From Anthoceros angustus (Eukaryota > Plantae > Anthocerotophyta), in the NCBI GenBank assembly GCA_010909165.1, contig MU008181.1, positions 620,001 to 684,000 of the forward strand: a DNA stretch of 64,000 bases, read 5' to 3'. A program made the translations under genes and the position numbers. The notes under the pieces are model-generated. The model was not told where the DNA came from, did no database searches, and was given only the letters and a program-made list of their open reading frames with translations. Position 1 is the stretch's first letter, and each line of letters begins with the position of its first letter. Below, one piece after another: positions 1 to 11,611 of this stretch.

Positions 1-262
1 CGCTATGGCCCCTTTCCTGATCCGCGTGCATGCGCTAGTGCTCTGGGCGCCATAGCCATGTGCTCACATTTTTTAGATGTGTGTTTGGCTTATTTTCTCT
101 CCTATTGAATGTAATAGATAGTGCAAAAGAGTGATCCCAGTCGGTTCAAAACCCAAGGATGTGTTAATTAATCAATTGATTTATTGATTGATTGATGAAT
201 TTATTTTCTTTTCCTTCCATTTTGGTAGATCACTTGAGGTCAAGATCCAAGGACATAACTAT

Positions 263-460
263 ATGCTATATATGGATGTCATAATGGAAAAGACTATCAT
301 AAAAAGTGGTTACACTTCTAAGATAGAATGTTATACATGCATGTCATAGTATGAAAGACTACCATAAAGAGTGATTCCTCACTTGAGATACTATGCTATA
401 TATATGTATATCATAGTAGGAAAGACGATATATCATATAAAGTGAGGTTACAGTTCTTGC
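263..460. repeat. Degenerate ~65-bp tandem repeat, 3 copies
   Basis: Units start ATG(C/T)TATA at 263, 328 and 393 (period 65), each followed by TCATA..GAAAGAC..TCATA..AAGTG. Confidence 0.7.
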
Positions 461-540
461 AAAAATTTAACACTTGTTCTTGCAGCAACCAATTTGATAG
501 TTCAAAATAAAATCAAAACAAAACTCCTTGAACTTTCTAA

Positions 541-955
541 AGCCATTGCTGGGTCTTAGAAGTAATGCATGTGATGAGGATAGCAATGGAAAAGAAAGCA
601 AGAAGCCTATGAAAGGGTACATAGTTGTGGAGGTGAGGATGAAAGGATTAGGTTTCCTCTTTCAATAGACGAGCTCAACCATGCCTTGGTCAAGCCCTTA
701 TTAGACTATATGGAGGCTGAGTTTGGCTTTCTTCAAAAAGGCAACTTGCATATTCCTTGCAACGTAGAGTTGTTCAAGAGATTGCTTCAATTTATCAGGA
801 GCAATGTAGAGTTGTTCAAAAGATTGCTTCAATTTCTCAGGAGTAAGCCACCGATACCAACTTCAACCTATCAAAGCATTCTTCATTATCATTGCAGACG
901 GAAGTTGGCTTTATGTCAGTCAAATTTGGGCGATGAGAAAAAATTTATTAAGTAG
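541..955 (+). pseudogene. SAUR: SAUR (small auxin-up RNA) family pseudogene
   Basis: Two frames join into KPMKGYIVV.V/EDERIRFPLSIDELNHALVKPLLDYMEAEFGFLQKGNLHIPCNVELFKRLL, the Auxin_inducible core (KGY..V...RF......LNH.....LL....EFGF...G.L.IPC). Frameshift near 633, no clean upstream ATG, 42-bp internal duplication. Confidence 0.8.
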
Positions 956-1312
956 ATTCCTATTTCATAATGTTGTAGTCCCTAGTAGTTGGCACACGTA
1001 ATGATGGGAGAATATGCAAACATGAGAGTCAAGGTTGGAGGAATATGTGGACGGTGTGTCAAATATGCTTAATTTCAACTCATCTGAAAAGTTAGCTTAG
1101 CCATAACTTTATTACTTTATTTCCAAAACGAACCTCGCAGACAAATATGAAGGTAGAAAATTGTAAGTTAGATTTTTAAGTTCCAAGATTTCATCGAGGG
1201 TACGAGCAGACAGCACTCCATCACTTCCATGACGAACTACTACCACATGTGTGGTAGATCTACTAGGCCAAGCAAGAGAACTTGACGAGGTAGGAGCTCT
1301 CACAAGATCATA

Positions 1313-1490
1313 GTGAGTGGGAGTGATAAAATTCTTTATTAATTAGGACACCTAGAAATCCCTAGACTTAAGTAATTTTACTTTGTGGTGGTTACAACTA
1401 CTTACAACCACCCTTACTTTATAACACTTGTATATTCTATGATTCTAATGAATCAATGTTAGAAACTTTTTGAGCAAGTGTATGATTCTC
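1313..1490 (+). mobile_element. Copia-type PPT plus short LTR remnant
   Basis: PPT-like TGAGTGGGAG immediately followed by TGATAAAA; the ~165-bp segment resembles the LTR-like unit at 60250-60400 (minus): GGTTACAAC(T/C)ACTTA..AACCACC..TATAA..GCAAGTGT..ATGATT.TCA. Confidence 0.5.
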
Positions 1491-1647
1491 ATTAGTGGAA
1501 TACCTCCCAAGCAAGATGTAAGAGAACCGTCTCTACACCTCTTAGCTCATACGCCAGACACCTTTTCCCATGGGCATACCTTAAAGAGGACTCAATAACA
1601 GGGATAACTTGATAGAGCGAAGAGCCATAAGCTCCATACAGGAACTG

Positions 1648-1755
1648 GCTTGTGGGTACAATCAAAGGCTGCTCTCTTATAGCTTGTGGGTACAATCAAA
1701 GGCTGCTCTCTTATAGCTTGTGGGTACAATCAAATCAAAGGCTGCTCTCTTATAG
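1648..1755. repeat. 34-bp tandem repeat x3
   Basis: GCTTGTGGGTACAATCAAAGGCTGCTCTCTTATA at 1648, 1682 and 1716; the third copy has an extra 5 nt. Confidence 0.95.
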
Positions 1756-3229
1756 CAAGGCCTGCTGCAAACTTCAAAAATGCATACGTAGTGCTCTGCC
1801 CCCATCCAACTCCTAAGGTCTCCTTGTACTGGAAAGTCCATTGCACGCCCGTCAGCCTCCTAACTTTAGTAGTCCACCTCCATAGCGCGCACACCAAGGC
1901 AAGGTGATTGGCCCGAACTATCTTTTCTTCTAACAGTCCCTTGAACAACGAGAGAATCTGTCAAGCCAAAATGAACACTTAGTTCTGCAACATCAGCACA
2001 ATTGACGACAAATGTAACGATGATGAACACCCCCCGTATCCCCTACACACGCCAGTGGGAGGCAACTCCATCGCCTTGTTGAAACCGATTTGCATGACAA
2101 ACCAATGGATTTGCGTGAGGCTATGTTATACTTGGGAAGTTAGTCAAGGTTACCACTCCTCCCGTTGGACATCTTATAGCTATGGTAGTTAGTACCCTTG
2201 ACGCCTTTGAAATTGAGAAAGATGGGGTTTGGGTGGCAAAATGAAGCATATTAGATGCTAAAAAAGAGTGGTACCGGAGGAGGCAGGTGGGAAGGCAAAA
2301 GAAGAGAAAGTGGGGCCATTTGAGACCTCGTGGCGTGAGCAGCGAGGAAATCGGCGGGGTGCGTGGGAAACGCGGAGCCCGTTGCGGCTTGGGGGCTGTG
2401 GAGCCACCGGCGTGAGCCCGTTGGCTCTGGCTTGTGCTACTTGTCCGTTGCACATTTAAAATCAGGGCCGCCTACACCACCGAACAATAACATTCCATAC
2501 GTTATGCTATAGTAATACCATATCTCCAATCCCCACATACGTGCGTCCCAATCATGAAGAGTCGCGGCACGCAGCAGATTCGAGCCGTCAACAGCTCGCT
2601 TTCCAGACGCCCGCCGGGAGTGGGAATGGACTCGCGGGCGCATTATGTTTGCGCGGCGCCCAACCTTGCCTCGATTTTTTAACCGGCGACTGACCTGATC
2701 TGACCGCCATGTGGGGCCGGGCCCGGCGCAATGGAGGCTGAACGCGGGCGACGTCACCCGACCCCGGCCCCGGCCTTGGCCCGGCCCTCATCTTGCTCCC
2801 AGGAGCCTTCGCCCATGTCCTGCTCCTTGCGGCGCGGGAGTGTCCGACGCCGGCCACGCTGCGTCCCCGCCCGCTGGCTGCCATGGCCGCGCGCTCTCCT
2901 TGTTGCCTCCAGCCTGCGCTTTGAGGCTGCCGTAGCTCTCCAGCTGCCCCGTTTTCTCCCGGCCGCCCTGTAGGAGGATGCGGAAATTCGGAGGGCGCGG
3001 CGGGCCGGCTGACGGGAGGTGGAAGATGAGGCTGTGGCGCTGCGGATCGTGAGTGAGTCTCGTTGCAAGATCTGCGTGTGGGGTGCGTTGGAGCGGGAAT
3101 CTGGAATGCGCGGTGTGCTTTTTTGCTCGAGTGATGTTTGAGGCGAGGTAGCATGGAGGAATGTTTTAGGAATGTTGTGGGGAGCACGCCCGCTGGCTTG
3201 GGGTGCCTGGGGGTGGTGGAGGATGAGGT

Positions 3230-3320
3230 TTGTGGGTTTTTGTGGGGTTCTGTGGATTTTTGTGGGTTTCTGTGGGTTGTTGTGGGTTTTTGTGGGTTTT
3301 TGTGGGTGATGTTGTGGTTG
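3230..3320. repeat. Degenerate (TTTTTGTGGG)n simple repeat upstream of the ATL gene
   Basis: About 7-8 imperfect 10-11 bp units, e.g. gtgggtttttgtgggtttttgtggg. Confidence 0.85.
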
Positions 3321-3565
3321 GGGAGGTCAGGACTTTGCTGACAGCGTCTGGAAATGTGGGTGGTCTCCAGAGCACTAAACGGTGGAACTGGATCTGCGGG
3401 GGAGTGTAGTGCAGCTTGGGGGCCTCGTTGTGAGCATGGTTGTGCAACAGTTTGCGGGGTTCCGTGCTGTGGAAGGATGCGGTGTTGGTGGATTCTCTGT
3501 TCACGAGAGTAGGGGAAGGCCGAAGTGAGACGGGAGTGGTGACGTGGTGTAGGCAGGCAGGCAGG

Positions 3566-4123
3566 ATGAGCAGCAATGTGACTAACCAGGCGGCCTCCTC
3601 GGTGGTGAACAACATGAGTAAAGTAGGGTTGGCCTACGGGATCGCAATTGCGGTAGGGATTCTGGTACTGGTGTCGACCATTATGCTGGCATCGTATGTA
3701 TGTGTGCGGGTGCACGGCAGAGGGCAAGTGAACAGCGGGCACGGCGTCACCGCTGTCGTCTCACAGCGGGTTCTGGATGAGAGCAACATTAGCTGGTCTG
3801 TAAGTGGGCTGGACCAGGCAACACTGGAGACGTATCCGAAGATCATCTACTCCAGTCGCCAGTCGCTGCCTCATCCGCAGGACCCTTCCTGTTCCATCTG
3901 TTTGTCTGACTACAAGGAGTCGGAGGTGCTGCGAATGCTGCCAGAGTGCCGGCATGTGTTTCACGCCACTTGTATCGATGCGTGGCTGAGGTTGCATGCG
4001 TCCTGTCCCATGTGCCGGACTTCTCCCCTGCCGACACCCCAGACTACACCCATCTCGACTCCCCTGTCGGAGCTCATCCCTCTGGCTAGGCGCCCCCTGC
4101 AAAACCCCTTCTCCCATGTGTAG
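3566..4123 (+). CDS. ATL: ATL-family RING-H2 E3 ubiquitin ligase, intronless, 185 aa
   Basis: ATG 3566; N-terminal TM helix GLAYGIAIAVGILVLVSTIMLASYVC, GLD motif (GLDQATLETYPK), RING-H2 CSICLSDY..LRMLPECRHVFHATCIDAWLRLHASCPMCRTSP; TAG ends at 4123. Confidence 0.95.
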   Translation: MSSNVTNQAASSVVNNMSKVGLAYGIAIAVGILVLVSTIMLASYVCVRVHGRGQVNSGHGVTAVVSQRVLDESNISWSVSGLDQATLETYPKIIYSSRQSLPHPQDPSCSICLSDYKESEVLRMLPECRHVFHATCIDAWLRLHASCPMCRTSPLPTPQTTPISTPLSELIPLARRPLQNPFSHV

Positions 4124-7119
4124 GATTTTAGTTGTTCCCTTGGTTGCTTTCTCGGCGGAGCAGGCTCCTGTGATCCTTCTCCCTGACTGGATGGATGGCC
4201 CACCTGCCTGGAAGTGAGAGGTGGGCGCCTTTTCCAAGCATGATGGGTGTGGCATCAACCGAATTTGTTCATCTGGATGGCAGCAGCAGGGGCTATTTGT
4301 TTGATTGAGGAAGACGGTGCAAGCAACACCTGTGGCATATCAGGGTACACTGGAGAGCCATTGCCTGGTATGCGGGGGTGTTGCGGGGACCGTGAGGACC
4401 TGCCTGCTAAAACTTCTGGAGCCTTATCTGGGAATTTTATCTGGCAGGTGCTGGCTTCTCCCAGATCGCGAAGTACGGGTGGGAGAATCCCAGTTAGTTT
4501 TTTTGTTAAGCTGGCAAGGCTCCCTGGTTTTCTGCAGACTCTTGTCATGACTAGCTTTTCCTGGGATTCGTTTTAGTACGTAGCTCCTGGTTGTATTTGT
4601 GCACCTATTGTAGGTTGATGTTGTCCGGTGCGTGGGCCAATTGTGGAACAAGGGTAGCCCTGGCCCTCTTGGCGCACTTCCTCCTGTCCATTTTCGCTCC
4701 CACTTTGTCTTGAACCGGGGTCTGTCAAGCATGCTCTGCAATGCTGGGTCCTGCACTCGATGGCTCGTTGTACATCCAGTCAGGTTGACCTCACCTCACA
4801 TACATCCAGCAGAAAGATGACACACTGGAGCTTTTCCCAGGTTCCTTTGTTGCACCCTACATTTGCTACCCCAAGGAGCTTAGCCAAGGGTACGGACATG
4901 GAGGAAGGCGACATTCGGTGCAGAGGCCCCAGCCTGTGGGCATGAGTGACCCTGCCTATGTCCAAAACCAAAACGGTTAAGCAGGTCAACAGACGCTTCA
5001 ACCCTTCCTTCCACCAGTTCGTACCTCATTCGGTTGCCGGAGTCCAAGGCAACGGACTGGAATGATCTGGATGTGGGATGTCTGCAATTGGCTGTCATGT
5101 GCGACAAGGGAGCCACAGTCCAGATGCATGCTGCATTTTCACAAGCTTGGGAGAGAAGTTCCCAGTTGACCCTTGGGCGATGTTTGCCCTTCCCGAGGAC
5201 ATTGCTTGTCCCCTTCTCGGAGGGACTGCAGCTGGCTGGACAGTCATCGGTGGCCGAGCCCTGCGTGCTTCGGGGTTCGCCCACCGATCATCTCTTGCTG
5301 TGACGGGATGTGTGAGTCCATTTCAAAACAGCACCGTTACGCTTTCACTTGCGATAAGGGGGGCAAGCTTCGAGGAAGGTTTGAGCGGGAGTTTGTGTGA
5401 CTGTAGTTGAAAGGCACTGTCAGGCGGGGACCAAGGAACGGCAAATGGTGCTGTACAATGATCTCACACTCTGGCAAATGTACTCGGAACATCCGGTTTG
5501 TTGGGTGGTAGGAGAAGATAAGCTAAGAGTTCGTATCCTTTCACAGAAGACATCATTCGCAGACAGCGCGGCCAGCAACAAGGCAGGCAACCTGGTTTCG
5601 AAGGCACGCATCACGCCATTCTCGTGGTATCATTGTGATCGTGGAGAGGAAATTTGATCCCACCTGCATCTTGTGTGAGTGTAATGCCTGTTGTGCACAT
5701 TTCCGATTGCGGTGATCATAACAAGGTTGGCATGTGACTCCATTTCAAATTTCCCTTGTTTTCGTAACATCCTTCCTGGCCATGGGTATGGAAGTCGCTG
5801 CCAGCGTAACCCACATCAGCTCCGGGTTCGTGCGTCCTCTTTCTCCGCCATTGCCAGCTTTTAGGTTAACAAAACCCGGCCAACTGCTCGATGGCAGGCC
5901 GCAGTTGCTGTGGCCTTTTGTGCCCAGTTGTTAATAACCACGGTCTCAGCGGCCATCCAAACTAGCCTCCCGGCACCACAGAAGGTGAGATATAGGCATG
6001 ACAATGAGCTCGGTTTTGAGCCTCAGCCATTGCAACTACCACAACGTACGGGGTACACTTAAACCACATGGCGGGCTCGGAGAACTGCAAGAAATTTGGA
6101 CCGTTTGAACCAGGCTGCTGGTGAGCACAATCGGACCTTTTTTCAGTCAGGATTCAGGAAGAAATGACCACATCCGATCATGACCTGAGAAATTAACAAC
6201 TTCGTGAACATGGATGTCTGTTGCTTCATGTCCGGCAACTTTTGTTGGAGGGCTGGAGTTCTTTCCGACTCCAGGTCGGGGACTGCAAGACAACATACTG
6301 CACTTGACTGCAACCACTTTTCTGATTCTGAACCAATCTACCATCACAAGACAGCAACATCTTCCAGCAATTGTGCCTCTGCCGACTATACAAAGCTAGC
6401 TGCACAGTGCTCTTCAAACTCTCTCCTGCTTGTGCTTATAAGTTGGTGCAGGTACTGCCATCCTTTTCTTCTCAACGTGTCTGAGATTATTTATGTATCT
6501 GCTCATTGTCTGGAGGTGAGCTCATTATTAATGTGTACATGTTTGATCCATAAATATCCGTAGGGTCTCGTGCTGAAAGCTTTTCCTGCTGGGAGAGAGC
6601 CCTCATGTCACTTGGTCTTCTCCGGAGTAATCACATAGTATTTCTTACAACAAAGTGAGATAGTACTCATATGCCACAACAGATCCATTCATAAACACCG
6701 CACTCATCCATTTGCTCTGTCCCGAAAGTTCAGCTTCCCGGAGTACACCATCCTTTCCCCTCCAACTGGCATTGCAGTATATATCGATGTTGTCCATAGG
6801 TACCACTTCCTCAGGAAGGTGAATCAGTCGAGAAGCGCTTGTCCCTCAGGCCTGAAAACTCATCTGGAGTTTCAAGTGGATATTTAAAGAGAGACATGTA
6901 ATTGACTGAAAATCATGAACTCAAAGAATGTCATGGTTTGCAATGAAGTAACCCAAAAAGAAAGAAGGCTCCCAACAATCCTTTGTGTGACGCATTTCCC
7001 ATGGACCGGTCGGGCAAACAAGGCAAGTCACCAGCAGGGGAGTGACCGATCAAGCTCAGATTTACTTGCTCCGTTATTCCCGGTTCTCTTATAGAAATCC
7101 ACCCTTACCCCCAATTGGT

Positions 7120-7439
7120 TCGTGGGTGGCTTATCTTTTTCTTTTCATAGACACTCTAAAAGATAGTTGCCTGGGTAGCCTATTCTTTGTCATATGTCCA
7201 TACCTAATGGAGCCCGATACAAGCTCTTTGTTGTATGATCCCAATGAGTTCCGTGGAGCGTAATACAAGCTCTTTATATGATCCCAATGCGTTCCCTGCC
7301 AAAGAAACCGGGATATTAGCTCTTTGTTGTATGATCCATAATGCCCCTAATGTAAATTGTTTTGTATTCCTTAATTTCTGGCTTTTAGTATTATTTATAT
7401 AATTATTGTAATATTTATTTTCAGTAACACCCCCTCTCT
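7120..7439 (-). mobile_element. 3' LTR remnant with PPT of a minus-strand LTR element
   Basis: Minus strand AGAGAGGGGG (7439-7430) directly followed by TGTTA (7429); AT-rich LTR-like tract with three AGCTCTTT(GTTG)TATGATCC copies. The distal end is approximate. Partly duplicated at ~10697-10835. Confidence 0.45.
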
Positions 7440-7914
7440 AGTGAGGTGGAGCAGACACGCAGTTAGAAGCAACAACACCACAAGACATCAGCACTAAGCC
7501 TCCAAGTAGCATACCATCCTTCCACCAGATGACCCGTAGTGAGCCCTTACTTGAAAGTCAACAATAATACATGAGAGATCATGGAGAGCTCCTCATCTTT
7601 GCCTAAGCTGGGTACATGGCTCTCTTAGCTGTCTTCCCTTGATCTTCTCCTCACAGTTCTCCTCTAGACACAGACACACTCTAGGCTCGCATTTCGGTGG
7701 AGGGAGTTTCTGCGACGGAATTGGCGACGAGCAGAAGACATGGTGACCCTTTAGGGGGTGCGCTTTTTGCTATGCCGCTCTTCAGAGCCCTGTATTTAAC
7801 TGCCTCCTCGATATGGGAATGCCTGTACCCATCAATGGCTGACAATACCCATATCCTGCTGGGGACAAGGCTAAGGAGGCTTTCGGTTTCTTCTCCTCGA
7901 AGCTCTCTCGGCTT

Positions 7915-8140
7915 GGCTTGAAGGTTAGGATCTGAAGGTACAGGGTTTTGTCTCTATCGAGTGTTTCGCCCTCTCTTCAATACCCGGAGGGGGATATTGC
8001 TTTTCCGCGGGGTCTTTCTTTTCTTGGCTTGGCTTGAAAGTCAAGATCTTAAAGTACAGGGTCTTGTCTCTATCGGGTGTTTCGCCCTCTCTTCAATAGC
8101 CGGAGGGGGACATTGCTTTTCAGCAGGAGCTTCCTTTTCT
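7915..8140. repeat. ~125-bp internal tandem duplication (also copied at ~11315-11520)
   Basis: GTCTCTATCG(A/G)GTGTTTCGCCCTCTCTTCAATA(C/G)CCGGAGGGGGA(T/C)ATTGCTTTTC occurs twice. Confidence 0.85.
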
Positions 8141-8230
8141 TGACGTCCCGATGGGGCCCCTGACTTTCATTCAAGAATTCGTGGATGCGGCTTAAACGAA
8201 GGATTTGGCACATTTAAAGGACCTTTCTCA

Positions 8231-9514
8231 GCTAAGGGACCCGCAGGTGGCGTTTGGGAAGCTAGGGGACCCGCAGGTGGCGTTTGGGAAGCTAAGGGAC
8301 CTGTAGGTGGCGTTTGGGAAGCTAGGGGACTCGTAGGTGGCGTTTGGGAAGCTAGGGAACCCGCAGGTCGCGTTTGGGCAGCTAGGAGAGCCGCATGTGG
8401 CGTTTAAGAAGCTACGGGACCCACAGGTGGCGTTTGGGAAGCTACGGGACCCGCGGGTGGCGTTTGGGAAGCTACGGGACCCACAGGTGGCGTTTGGGAA
8501 GCTCTGGGACCCGGTGGCGTTTGGGAAGCTCACAGGACCCGGTGGCGTTTGGGAAGCTACGGGACCCTTGGTGGCGTTTTGGAAGCTACAGGACCCGCGG
8601 TGGCGTTTGGGAAGCTAGGGACCCGCGGTGGCGTTTGGGAAGCTAAGGGACTGTAGGTGGCGTTTGGGAAGCTAGGAACCCGGTCGCGTTTGGGCTAGGA
8701 GAGCCGCATGTGGCGATTAAACTACAGGACCCGTAGGTGGCATTTGGGAAGCTCGGACCCACAGGTGGCGTTGGGAAGCTACGGGACCCAGTGGCGTTTG
8801 GGAAGCTACGGGACCCGCGGTGGCGTTTGGGAAGCTACGGGACCCGGTGGCGTTGAAGCTACGGGACCCGCAGTGGCGTTTGGGAAGCTCTGGGACCCGG
8901 TGGCGTTTGGGAAGCTGGGACCCTTGGTGGCGTTGGGAAGCTAGGGACCCGCAGTGGCGTTTGGGAAGCTAGGAGACTCACGGTGGCATTTGGGAAGCTA
9001 GCGGACTGCAGTCGCATTTGGGAAGCTAGGAGGCTGCATGTGGCGTTTGGGAAGCTAGGGACCCGCAGTGGCGTTTGGGAAGCTCGGGACCCGCAGGTCA
9101 CGTTAAGAAGCTAGGGACCCGGTCGTGCATTTGGGAAGCTGGACCCGCATGTAGCGTTTGGGAAGCTAGGGACCCGCAGGTGGCGTTTGGGAAGCTAAGG
9201 AACCCGGTGGCATTTGGGAAGCCAGAGAGGCTGCATGTGGCGTTTGGGAAGCTACGGACCCGCAGTGGCGCTTGGGAAGCTACAGAGGCTGGGTCACGTT
9301 TAGGAAGCTAGGGACCCGCTGGTGCATTTGGGAAGCTACGGACCCGCATGTAGCGTTTGGGAAGCTAGGGACCCGCAGTGGCGTTTGGGAAGCTAGGGAC
9401 CCGTAGGTGGCGTTTAGGAAGCTAGGGGACCCGCCGGTCGCATTTGGGAACCTACGGGACCCGCATGTAGCGTTTGGGAAGCTAGGGGACTCGAAGATGG
9501 CGTTTGGGAAGCTA
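8231..9514. repeat. 30-bp satellite array 1 (~43 units)
   Basis: Consensus GCTAGGGGACCCGCAGGTGGCGTTTGGGAA; head-to-tail with no spacers. Confidence 0.97.
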
Positions 9515-11611
9515 TCGTGGACTTGATTTTCGTGCTACCTCTTCTCATGTGAAGGCCTATGCTGCCACAGCCTTGAATCCCATAAAACCGCAGTCTTATG
9601 AGGAAGCTCTCAACAGGCCTGATCACAAAGAATGGGAAAAGGCAATCCAATCAGAATATGATTCTCTAATTGAGAATGGAACTTGGGAACTTGCAAAGTT
9701 GCCCAAAGGCATAAAATTGGTATCATGTAAATGGGTGTTTAAGCTAAAGGTTAAGGCTGATGGATCATTTGACAGATATAAGGCCAGACTAGTTCCTAGG
9801 GGATTCACACAAGTTCCAGGTTTAGATTACCTTGAAACCTTTGCTCTGTCCCGAAAGTTCAGCTTCCCGGAGTACACCATCCTTTCCCTCCAACTGGCAT
9901 TGCAGTATATATCGATGTTGTCCATAGGTACCACTTCCTCAGGAAGGTGAATCAGTCGAGAAGCGCTTGTCCCTCAGGCCTGAAAACTCATCTGGAGTTT
10001 CAAGTGGATATTTAAAGAGAGACATGTAATTGACTGAAAATCATGAACTCAAAGAATGTCATGGTTTGCAATGAAGTAACCCAAAAAGAAAGAAGGCTCC
10101 CAACAATCCTTTGTGTGACGCATTTCCCATGGACCGGTCGGGCAAACAAGGCAAGTCACCAGCAGGGGAGTGACCGATCAAGCTCAGATTTACTTGCTGG
10201 TTATTCCGGTTCTCTTATAGAAATCCACCCTTGTCCGATAGATCCCATTTTGAAACAACGGTTTCCGCCGGTTCCTAATGCGTGTGGTAAACTATCGCCG
10301 GCTGGCGGCGATAGTTGAACCTAAAGCAATGCTCCAAACTAGAGGAAAGAAAATTAAAATTCCGCCACTTCAAGAAGGTTTTACGCAAACTATGGGAGTG
10401 GCCAACCTTCTTCATACCTCTATCCGACCACAAAACTTATCGTTTAATACCGTCGGACCACATACGGGCGTCTACACTGGATCATTAGGAGGGCTCATCT
10501 GCGCTGCACATCACATCACGAGTCTAAGACAACGGCGAGGTTTCTAATGCGCTCATCTTCTGCGTCTTCAAATTCGTTTTCTTCCAAGGCCTTCTCGTCT
10601 TCACATCACCCTTGGGGTCGTCATGTCTTGCCATACATCATCCAACGTTTGCTGCCCATCTTCCAAAAGTTCACTGTTGTCGCCTGCGTCGGCACTCAAA
10701 GAAACCGGGATATTAGCTCTTTGTTGTATGATCCATAATGCCCCTAATGTAAATTGTTTTGTATTCCTTAATTTCTGGCTTTTAGTATTATTTATATAAT
10801 TATTGTAATATTTATTTTCAGTAACACCCCCTCTCTAGTGAGGTGGAGCAGACACGCAGTTAGAAGCAACAACACCACAAGACATCAGCACTAAGCCTCC
10901 AAGTAGCATACCATCCTTCCACCAGATGACCCGTAGTGAGCCCTTACTTCAGCAAAAGTCAACAATAATACATGAGAGATCATGGAGAGCTCCTCATCTT
11001 TGCCTAAGCTGGGTACATGGCTCTCTTAGCTGTCTTCCCTTGATCTTCTCCTCACAGTTCTCCTCTAGACACAGACACACTCTAGGCTCGCATTTCGGTG
11101 GAGTTTGCTGACGGAATTGGCGACGAGCAGAAGACATGGTGACCCTTTAGGGGGTGCGCTTTTTGCTATGCGCTCTTGAGCCACATGTTTGCGCCTCCTC
11201 GATATGGGAATGCCTGTACCCATCAATGGCTGACAATACCCATATCCTGCTGGGGACAAGGCTAAGGAGGCTTTCGGTTTCTTCTCCTCGAAGCTCTCTC
11301 GGCTTGGCGAAGGTTAGGATCTGAAGGTACAGGTTTTGTCTCTATCGAGTGTTTCGCCCTCTCTTCAATACCCGGAGGGGGATATTGCTTTTCCGCGGGG
11401 TCTTTCTTTTCTTGGCTTGGCGAAAGTCAAGATCTTAAAATCTGGTCTTGTCTCTATCGGTGTTTGCCTCTCTTCAATAGCCGGAGGGGGACATTGCTTT
11501 TCAGCAGGAGCTTCCTTTTCTTGACGTCCCGATGGGGCCCCTGACTTTCATTCAAGAATTCGTGGATGCGGCTTAAACGAAGGATTTGGCACATTTAAAG
11601 GACCTTTCTCA
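9515..11611 (+). repeat. Mosaic duplication: Copia RT piece / unique piece / Sola left-end piece / LTR-element piece
   Basis: 9515-9846 = 12935-13265; 9840-10232 = 6711-7106; 10224-10705 = 13869-14375; 10697-11611 = 7300-8230. Junction microhomologies TTTGCTC, TCCACCCTT and CAAAGAAAC. Confidence 0.9.

Noticed and set aside
1112-1303. VVVRHG as a histidine phosphatase motif
   Set aside because: Isolated hexapeptide in an LTR-adjacent remnant; the rest of the fold is absent.
3230-3320. Interstitial telomeric repeat
   Set aside because: The unit TTTTTGTGGG does not match plant TTTAGGG-type repeats and is irregular.
2588-3742. 384-aa minus-strand ORF
   Set aside because: GC-rich, antisense to the ATL gene and its leader, low complexity, no motifs.
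6147-6850. P-loop (GVGK) or F-box-associated exon (SAVFMNGSVLW) on the minus strand
   Set aside because: Fragments are short, stop-ridden and lack supporting motifs.
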